Source: Balanoglossus misakiensis (Eukaryota > Animalia > Hemichordata). Taken from it: a stretch of DNA of 64,000 nucleotides. The position numbers were made by a program, and so were the translations under genes. The notes beneath the pieces are model-generated. The model was not told the origin of the DNA. It ran no database searches and worked only from the letters and a program-made list of their open reading frames with translations. The DNA lies in assembly GCA_040954595.2 (NCBI GenBank), contig CM082591.2, positions 2,377,158 through 2,441,157 on the forward strand. The letters run 5' to 3'. Shown piece by piece: positions 50,845 to 61,100 of the stretch (positions are counted from its first letter, which is position 1; each line of letters begins with the position of its first letter).

Positions 50845-50922
50845 TCACAGAAGCAAAAAGGGGAATCCCGAGGTCGGGTGCGACGCAGGAACAGAGCTGG
50901 TGCTGCCAAGTGCTGGTTGCAT
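50845..50922 (-). promoter_or_regulatory. Upstream ORF in predicted VGLUT 5' UTR (MQPALGSTSSVPASHPTSGFPFLLL*)
   Basis: Only ATG between the predicted TSS (~51008) and the main ATG; out of frame; its TGA ends 22 nt before the main ATG. Confidence 0.45.
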
Positions 50923-50999
50923 TGAGAAAAGATTAACGGCACGAGGTTCGCTGCTCTAGAATAGACGGCCTGCCAATGTGTGTGTGTGTGACGTGTGGA

Positions 51000-51180
51000 C
51001 GCACCAATGAAGCCAGGATATGAACGTCTATATACCACAATGCTCTGCTGTCTGTCCTTGTGGTTCTGACGTCGTCCCCGCGCGATTGGACCAGCAGAGT
51101 GCACAGTTGACTAGACTGCACCACGTGACCACATTGATGAAGCCTGCCTTCATTAACAAATTAAAACCAATCAGGGCAGT
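51000..51180 (-). promoter_or_regulatory. Probable VGLUT core and proximal promoter
   Basis: Minus-strand TATATAG at 51034-51028; Inr-like TCATT with A at ~51008; CRE-like TGACGTCG 51067-51074; CCAAT at 51089-51085 (-) and ~51167-51171 (+); E-box CACGTG 51122-51127; locally CpG-rich. Confidence 0.6.
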
Positions 51181-52110
51181 ACGTTATATCGACGCAACCC
51201 ATAGCTAAAATAGTGCAAGACCATTGTTCGCGCGTTATTGGCCGGCACTAAATCTACACACTGAATTATTGTATTTTTTCCTGGTCAACAAATGGGATCT
51301 TACATTACATGCATGCAGGGTGTGTTAAAATTGAGGAATGGAATACTGGTTTTATTGTGTCGCAGTAACTTTTGACTTTGTCTCGGACAGAAATGCAGCT
51401 GTGGTCGACAGGCCATGCAAAGCCGACTCTTCTGACTGAAGTATGGTCCTCAGGCCGCATGCTCTGTTTGAAGCGAAACGTCATTAAAATATTAAGTCAT
51501 ATTTTCGCTGGGTTCGTAATTCTCGACGCTCCTCTTGGAATTAGAATATTCGTCACATCTCCACACAATTTGGACGTTCGCGGTAATTGACTTGAAATGT
51601 TAGCAAAACAAACGGCCACAATAGCACTGAGCGTTCCTCGATACATCAGTCATCCCGACACAGATGTTGACGGTTTCTCAACTGGAGGAGTCGTTTGAAA
51701 TGCGAACGCATCAATCATTTTCATATTGCACGTGTTATTATTGTATTCTACTACAAACGAATAGTGCCTAATTTCCAGAGAATAAACGAATCTTATAATT
51801 TATTTCAGAGTGGGCGTGGACAAAATGGTTGAAGTCACTAAATGTCGAAGTCGTAAGGATGTATCCAAACACCACAGCGCCGCTTGTATGTGCAGTGGTA
51901 TAACGACAGCCAACGAAGTCAAACCTAGGCCTAATGACTGTTTCTCGAACAACGTAATTTCCCCTCTTCGCATTCTGTTTTTGGGGAAATCAGTCTTTCA
52001 ACCAAAGATGGCGCTGTTTCACCTGAAAACGAAGTACAATATACCGAATAAAAAACTACAGAAACTGAATCGAAAGTTTTGTGAGTGGGGAAGTTGGCGG
52101 CGCACTGTAT

Positions 52111-55100
52111 ATTTTTGAATAAAAATCATGAAAATCATCTCAACATGACAATTTTTCGACTTTGCTTATTTTCGAAATTTCTTCATTTTTGAATAAAAAT
52201 CATGGGTTATAGCTCATGAAAATCATCCAAAAATGAGAATTTTTCGACTTTGCGGAACTTCAAAATTTGGCCGATTTTTGAAAAAATCATGGGTTATAGC
52301 TCATGAAAATCATCCAAAAATGAGAATTTTTCGACTTTGCGGAATTTCAAAATTTGGCCGATTTTTGAAAATATCATGGGTTATAGCTCATGAAAATCAT
52401 CCAAAAATGAAAAATGTTCGACTTTGCGGAATTTGAAAATTTGGCCGATTTTTGAAAAAATCATGGGTTATAGCTCATGAAAATCATCCAAAAATGAGAA
52501 TTTTTCGACTTTGCGGAATTTCAAAATTTGGCCGATTTTTGAAAATATCATGGGTTATAGCTCATGAAAATCATCCAAAAATGAGAATTTTTCGACTTTG
52601 CGGAATTTGAAAATTTGGCCGATTTTTGAAAAAATCATGGGTTATAGCTCATGAAAATCATCCAAAAATGAGAATTTTTCGACTTTGCGGAATTTCAAAA
52701 TTTGGCCGATTTTTGAAAAAATCATGGGTTATAGCTCATGAAAATCATCCAAAAATGAGAATTTTTCGACTTTGCGGAATTTCAAAATTTGGCCGATTTT
52801 TGAAAAAATCATGGGTTATAGCTCATGAAAATCATCCAAAAATGAGAATTTTTCGACTTTGCGGAATTTCAAAATTTGGCCGATTTTTGAAAAAATCATG
52901 GGTTATAGCTCATGAAAATCATCCAAAAATGAGAATTTTTCGACTTTGCGGAATTTCAAAATTTGGCCGATTTTTGAAAAAATCATGGGTTATAGCTCAT
53001 GAAAATCATCCAAAAATGAGAATTTTTCGACTTTGCGGAATTTCAAAATTTGGCCGATTTTTGAAAAAAATCATGGGTTATAGCTCATGAAAATCATCCA
53101 AAAATGAGAATTTTTCGACTTTGCGGAATTTCAAAAGTTGGCCGATTTTTGAAAAAATCATGGGTTATAGCTCATGAAAATCATCCAAATATGAGAATTT
53201 TTCGACTTTGCGGAATTTCAAAATTTGGCCGATTTTTGGAAAAATCATGGGTTATAGCTCATGAAAATCATCCAAAAATGAGAATTTTTCGACTTTGCGG
53301 AATTTCAAAATTTGGCCGATTTTTGAAAAAATCATGGGTTATAGCTCATGAAAATCATCCAAAAATGAGAATTTTTCGACTTTGCGGAATTTCAAAATTT
53401 GGCCGATTTTTGAAAAAATCATGGGTTATAGCTCATGAAAATCATCCAAAAATGAGAATTTTTCGACTTTGCGGAATTTCAAAATTTGGCCGATTTTTGA
53501 AAAAATCATGGGTTATAGCTCATGAAAATCATCCAAAAATGAGAATTTTTCGACTTTGCGGAATTTCAAAATTTGGCCGATTTTTGAAAAAATCATGGGT
53601 TATAGCTCATGAAAATCATCCAAAAATGAGAATTTTTCGACTTTGCGGAATTTCAAAATTTGGCCGATTTTTGAAAAAATCATGGGTTATAGCTCATGAA
53701 AATCATCCAAAAATGAGAATTTTTCGACTTTGCGGAATTTCAAAATTTGGCCGATTTTTGAAAAAAATCATGGGTTATAGCTCATGAAAATCATCCAAAA
53801 ATGAGAATTTTTCGACTTTGCGGAATTTCAAAAGTTGGCCGATTTTTGAAAAAATCATGGGTTATAGCTCATGAAAATCATCCAAATATGAGAATTTTTC
53901 GACTTTGCGGAATTTCAAAATTTGGCCGATTTTTGGAAAAATCATGGGTTATAGCTCATGAAAATCATCCAAAAATGAGAATTTTTCGACTTTGCGGAAT
54001 TTCAAAATTTGGCCGATTTTTGAAAAAATCATGGGTTATAGCTCATGAAAATCATCCAAAAATGAGAATTTTTCGACTTTGCGGAATTTCAAAATTTGGC
54101 CGATTTTTGAAAAAATCATGGGTTATAGCTCATGAAAATCATCCAAAAATGAGAATTTTTCGACTTTGCGGAATTTCAAAATTTGGCCGATTTTTGAAAA
54201 AATCATGGGTTATAGCTCATGAAAATCATCCAAAAATGAGAATTTTTCGACTTTGCGGAATTTCAAAATTTGGCCGATTTTTGAAAAAATCATGGGTTAT
54301 AGCTCATGAAAATCATCCAAAAATGAGAATTTTTCGACTTTGCGGAATTTCAAAATTTGGCCGATTTTTGAAAAAATCATGGGTTATAGCTCATGAAAAT
54401 CATCCAAAAATGAGAATTTTTCGACTTTGCGGAATTTCAAAATTTGGCCGATTTTTGAAAAAATCATGGGTTATAGCTCACGAAAATCGTCCAAAAATGA
54501 GAATTTTTCGACTTTGCGGAATTTCAAAATTTGGCAGATTTTTGAAAAAATCATGGGTTATAGCTCACGAAAATCGTCCAAAAATGAGAATTTTTCGACT
54601 TTGCGGTATTTCAAAATTTGGCCGATTTTCGAAAAAATCATGGGTTATAGCTCATGAAAATCATCCAAAAATGAGAATTTTTCGACTTTGCGGAATTTGA
54701 AAATTTGGCCGATTTTTGAAAAAATCATGGGTTATAGCTCATGAAAATCATCCAAAAATGAGAATTTTTCGACTTTGCGGAATTTGAAAATTTGGCCGAT
54801 TTTTGAAAAAATCATGGGTTATAGCTCATGAAAATCATCCAAAAATGAGAATTTTTCGACTTTGCGGAATTTGAAAATTTGGCCGATTTTTGAAAATATC
54901 ATGGGTTATAGCTCATGAAAATCATCCAAAAATGAAAAATGTTCGACTTTGCGGAATTTGAAAATTTGGCCGATTTTTGAAAAAATCATGGGTTATAGCT
55001 CATGAAAATCATCCAAAAATGAGAATTTTTCGACTTTGCGGAATTTCAAAATTTGGCCGATTTTTGAAAATATCATGGGTTATAGCTCATGAAAATCATC

Positions 55101-58100
55101 CAAAAATGAGAATTTTTCGACTTTGCGGAATTTCAAAATTTGGCCGATTTTTGAAAAAATCATGGGTTATAGCTCATGAAAATCATCCAAAAATGAGAAT
55201 TTTTCGACTTTGCGGAATTTCAAAATTTGGCCGATTTTTGAAAAAATCATGGGTTATAGCTCATGAAAATCATCCAAAAATGAGAATTTTTCGACTTTGC
55301 GGAATTTCAAAATTTGGCCGATTTTTGAAAAAATCATGGGTTATAGCTCATGAAAATCATCCAAAAATGAGAATTTTTCGACTTTGCGGAATTTCAAAAT
55401 TTGGCCGATTTTTGAAAAAATCATGGGTTATAGCTCATGAAAATCATCCAAAAATGAGAATTTTTCGACTTTGCGGAATTTCAAAATTTGGCCGATTTTT
55501 GAAAAAATCATGGGTTATAGCTCATGAAAATCATCCAAAAATGAGAATTTTTCGACTTTGCGGAATTTCAAAATTTGGCCGATTTTTGAAAAAAATCATG
55601 GGTTATAGCTCATGAAAATCATCCAAAAATGAGAATTTTTCGACTTTGCGGAATTTCAAAAGTTGGCCGATTTTTGAAAAAATCATGGGTTATAGCTCAT
55701 GAAAATCATCCAAATATGAGAATTTTTCGACTTTGCGGAATTTCAAAATTTGGCCGATTTTTGGAAAAATCATGGGTTATAGCTCATGAAAATCATCCAA
55801 AAATGAGAATTTTTCGACTTTGCGGAATTTCAAAATTTGGCCGATTTTTGAAAAAATCATGGGTTATAGCTCATGAAAATCATCCAAAAATGAGAATTTT
55901 TCGACTTTGCGGAATTTCAAAATTTGGCCGATTTTTGAAAAAATCATGGGTTATAGCTCATGAAAATCATCCAAAAATGAGAATTTTTCGACTTTGCGGA
56001 ATTTCAAAATTTGGCCGATTTTTGAAAAAATCATGGGTTATAGCTCATGAAAATCATCCAAAAATGAGAATTTTTCGACTTTGCGGAATTTCAAAATTTG
56101 GCCGATTTTTGAAAAAATCATGGGTTATAGCTCATGAAAATCATCCAAAAATGAGAATTTTTCGACTTTGCGGAATTTCAAAATTTGGCCGATTTTTGAA
56201 AAAATCATGGGTTATAGCTCATGAAAATCATCCAAAAATGAGAATTTTTCGACTTTGCGGAATTTCAAAATTTGGCCGATTTTTGAAAAAATCATGGGTT
56301 ATAGCTCATGAAAATCATCCAAAAATGAGAATTTTTCGACTTTGCGGAATTTCAAAATTTGGCCGATTTTTTAAAAAATCATGGGTTATAGCTCACGAAA
56401 ATCGTCCAAAAATGAGAATTTTTCGACTTTGCGGTATTTCAAAATTTGGCCGATTTTCGAAAAAATCATGGGTTATAGCTCATGAAAATCATCCAAAAAT
56501 GAGAATTTTTCGACTTTGCGGAATTTGAAAATTTGGCCGATTTTTGAAAAAATCATGGGTTATAGCTCATGAAAATCATCCAAAAATGAGAATTTTTCGA
56601 CTTTGCGGAATTTGAAAATTTGGCCGATTTTTGAAAAAATCATGGGTTATAGCTCATGAAAATCATCCAAAAATGAGAATTTTTCGACTTTGCGGAATTT
56701 GAAAATTTGGCCGATTTTTGAAAAAATCATGGGTTATAGCTCATGAAAATCATCCAAAAATGAGAATTTTTCGACTTTGCGGAATTTGAAAATTTGGCCG
56801 ATTTTTGAAAAAATCATGGGTTATAGCTCATGAAAATCATCCAAAAATGAGAATTTTTCGACTTTGCGGAATTTCAAAATTTGGCCGATTTTTGAAAAAA
56901 TCATGGGTTATAGCTCATGAAAATCATCCAAAAATGAGAATTTTTCGACTTTGCGGAATTTCAAAATTTGGCCGATTTTTGAAAAAATCATGGGTTATAG
57001 CTCATGAAAATCATCCAAAAATGAGAATTTTTCGACTTTGCGGAATTTCAAAATTTGGCCGATTTTTGAAAAAATCATGGGTTATAGCTCATGAAAATCA
57101 TCCAAAAATGAGAATTTTTCGACTTTGCGGAATTTCAAAATTTGGCCGATTTTTGAAAAAATCATGGGTTATAGCTCATGAAAATCATCCAAAAATGAGA
57201 ATTTTTCGACTTTGCGGAATTTCAAAATTTGGCCGATTTTTGAAAAAATCATGGGTTATAGCTCATGAAAATCATCCAAAAATGAGAATTTTTCGACTTT
57301 GCGGAATTTGAAAATTTGGCCGATTTTTGAAAAAATCATGGGTTATAGCTCATGAAAATCATCCAAAAATGAGAATTTTTCGACTTTGCGGAATTTGAAA
57401 ATTTGGCCGATTTTTGAAAAAATCTATAGCTCATGAAAATCATCCAAAAATGAGAATTTTTCGACTTTGCGGAATTTGAAAATTTGGCCGATTTTTGAAA
57501 AAATTCAGGGTTATAGCTCATGAAAATCATCCAAAAATGAGAATTTTTCGACTTTGCGGAATTTGAAAATTTGGCCGATTTTTGAAAAAATCATGGGTTA
57601 TAGCTCATGAAAATCATCCAAAAATGAGAATTTTTCGACTTTGCGGAATTTGAAAATTTGGCCGATTTTTGAAAAAATCATGGGTTATAGCTCATGAAAA
57701 TCATCCAAAAATGAGAATTTTTCGACTTTGCGGAATTTCAAAATTTGGCCGATTTTTGAAAAAATCATGGGTTATAGCTCATGAAAATCATCCAAAAATG
57801 AGAATTTTTCGACTTTGCGGAATTTCAAAATTTGGCCGATTTTTGAAAAAATCATGGGTTATAGCTCATGAAAATCATCCAAAAATGAGAATTTTTCGAC
57901 TTTGCGGAATTTGAAAATTTGGCCGATTTTTGAAAAAATCATGGGTTATAGCTCATGAAAATCATCCAAAAATGAGAATTTTTCGACTTTGCGGAATTTG
58001 AAAATTTGGCCGATTTTTGAAAAAATCTATAGCTCATGAAAATCATCCAAAAATGAGAATTTTTCGACTTTGCGGAATTTGAAAATTTGGCCGATTTTTG

Positions 58101-61100
58101 AAAAAATTCAGGGTTATAGCTCATGAAAATCATCCAAAAATGAGAATTTTTCGACTTTGCGGAATTTGAAAATTTGGCCGATTTTTGAAAAAATCATGGG
58201 TTATAGCTCATGAAAATCATCCAAAAATGAGAATTTTTCGACTTTGCGGAATTTGAAAATTTGGCCGATTTTTGAAAAAATCATGGGTTATAGCTCATGA
58301 AAATCATCCAAAAATGAGAATTTTTCGACTTTGCGGAATTTCAAAATTTGGCCGATTTTTGAAAAAATCATGGGTTATAGCTCATGAAAATCATCCAAAA
58401 ATGAGAATTTTTCGACTTTGCGGAATTTCAAAATTTGGCCGATTTTTGAAAAAATCATGGGTTATAGCTCATGAAAATCATCCAAAAATGAGAATTTTTC
58501 GACTTTGCGGAATTTCAAAATTTGGCCGATTTTTGAAAAAATCATGGGTTATAGCTCATGAAAATCATCCAAAAATGAGAATTTTTCGACTTTGCGGAAT
58601 TTCAAAATTTGGCCGATTTTTGAAAAAATCATGGGTTATAGCTCATGAAAATCATCCAAAAATGAGAATTTTTCGACTTTGCGGAATTTCAAAATTTGGC
58701 CGATTTTTGAAAAAATCATGGGTTATAGCTCATGAAAATCATCCAAAAATGAGAATTTTTCGACTTTGCGGAATTTCAAAATTTGGCCGATTTTTGAAAA
58801 AATCATGGGTTATAGCTCATGAAAATCATCCAAAAATGAGAATTTTTCGACTTTGCGGAATTTCAAAATTTGGCCGATTTTTGAAAAAATCATGGGTTAT
58901 AGCTCATGAAAATCATCCAAAAATGAGAATTTTTCGACTTTGCGGAATTTCAAAATTTGGCCGATTTTTGAAAAAATCATGGGTTATAGCTCATGAAAAT
59001 CATCCAAAAATGAGAATTTTTCGACTTTGCGGAATTTCAAAATTTGGCCGATTTTTGAAAAAAATCATGGGTTATAGCTCATGAAAATCATCCAAAAATG
59101 AGAATTTTTCGACTTTGCGGAATTTCAAAATTTGGCCGATTTTTGAAAAAAATCATGGGTTATAGCTCATGAAAATCATCCAAAAATGAGAATTTTTCGA
59201 CTTTGCGGAATTTCAAAATTTGGCCGATTTTTGAAAAAATCATGGGTTATAGCTCATGAAAATCATCCAAAAATGAGAATTTTTCGACTTTGCGGAATTT
59301 CAAAATTTGGCCGATTTTTGAAAAAATCATGGGTTATAGCTCATGAAAATCATCCAAAAATGAGAATTTTTCGACTTTGCGGAATTTCAAAATTTGGCCG
59401 ATTTTTGAAAAAATCATGGGTTATAGCTCATGAAAATCATCCAAAAATGAGAATTTTTCGACTTTGCGGAATTTCAAAATTTGGCCGATTTTTGAAAAAA
59501 TCATGGGTTATAGCTCATGAAAATCATCCAAAAATGAGAATTTTTCGACTTTGCGGAATTTCAAAATTTGGCCGATTTTTGAAAAAATCATGGGTTATAG
59601 CTCATGAAAATCATCCAAAAATGAGAATTTTTCGACTTTGCGGAATTTCAAAATTTGGCCGATTTTTGAAAAAATCATGGGTTATAGCTCATGAAAATCA
59701 TCCAAAAATGAGAATTTTTCGACTTTGCGGAATTTCAAAATTTGGCCGATTTTTGAAAAAATCATGGGTTATAGCTCATGAAAATCATCCAAAAATGAGA
59801 ATTTTTCGACTTTGCGGAATTTCAAAATTTGGCCGATTTTTGAAAAAATCATGGGTTATAGCTCATGAAAATCATCCAAAAATGAGAATTTTTCGACTTT
59901 GCGGAATTTCAAAATTTGGCCGATTTTTGAAAAAATCATGGGTTATAGCTCATGAAAATCATCCAAAAATGAGAATTTTTCGACTTTGCGGAATTTCAAA
60001 ATTTGGCCGATTTTTGAAAAAATCATGGGTTATAGCTCATGAAAATCATCCAAAAATGAGAATTTTTCGACTTTGCGGAATTTCAAAATTTGGCCGATTT
60101 TTGAAAAAATCATGGGTTATAGCTCATGAAAATCATCCAAAAATGAGAATTTTTCGACTTTGCGGAATTTCAAAATTTGGCCGATTTTTGAAAAAATCAT
60201 GGGTTATAGCTCATGAAAATCATCCAAAAATGAGAATTTTTCGACTTTGCGGAATTTCAAAATTTGGCCGATTTTTGAAAAAATCATGGTTATAGCTCAT
60301 GAAAATCATCCAAAAATGAGAATTTTTCGACTTTGCGGAATTTGAAAATTTGGCCGATTTTTGAAAAAATCATGGGTTATAGCTCATGAAAATCATCCAA
60401 AAATGAGAATTTTTCGACTTTGCGGAATTTGAAAATTTGGCCGATTTTTGAAAAAATCATGGGTTATAGCTCATGAAAATCATCCAAAAATGAGAATTTT
60501 TCGACTTTGCGGAATTTCAAAATTTGGCCGATTTTTGAAAAAATCATGGGTTATAGCTCATGAAAATCATCCAAAAATGAGAATTTTTCGACTTTGCGGA
60601 ATTTCAAAATTTGGCCGATTTTTGAAAAAATCATGGGTTATAGCTCATGAAAATCATCCAAAAATGAGAATTTTTCGACTTTGCGGAATTTCAAAATTTG
60701 GCCGATTTTTGAAAAAATCATGGGTTATAGCTCATGAAAATCATCCAAAAATGAGAATTTTTCGACTTTGCGGAATTTCAAAATTTGGCCGATTTTTGAA
60801 AAAATCATGGGTTATAGCTCATGAAAATCATCCAAAAATGAGAATTTTTCGACTTTGCGGAATTTCAAAATTGGCCGATTTTTGAAAAAATCATGGGTTA
60901 TAGCTCATGAAAATCATCCAAAAATGAGAATTTTTCGACTTTGCGGAATTTCAAAATTTGGCCGATTTTTGAAAAAATCATGGGTTATAGCTCATGAAAA
61001 TCATCCAAAAATGAGAATTTTTCGACTTTGCGGAATTTCAAAATTTGGCCGATTTTTGAAAAAATCATGGGTTATAGCTCATGAAAATCATCCAAAAATG

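Noticed and set aside
50823-51104. 94-codon in-frame extension upstream of the exon 1 ATG (ORF 50730-51104)
   Set aside because: It starts at GTG upstream of the predicted TATA/TSS, crosses a (CA)n run and has no family similarity; treated as 5' UTR and promoter
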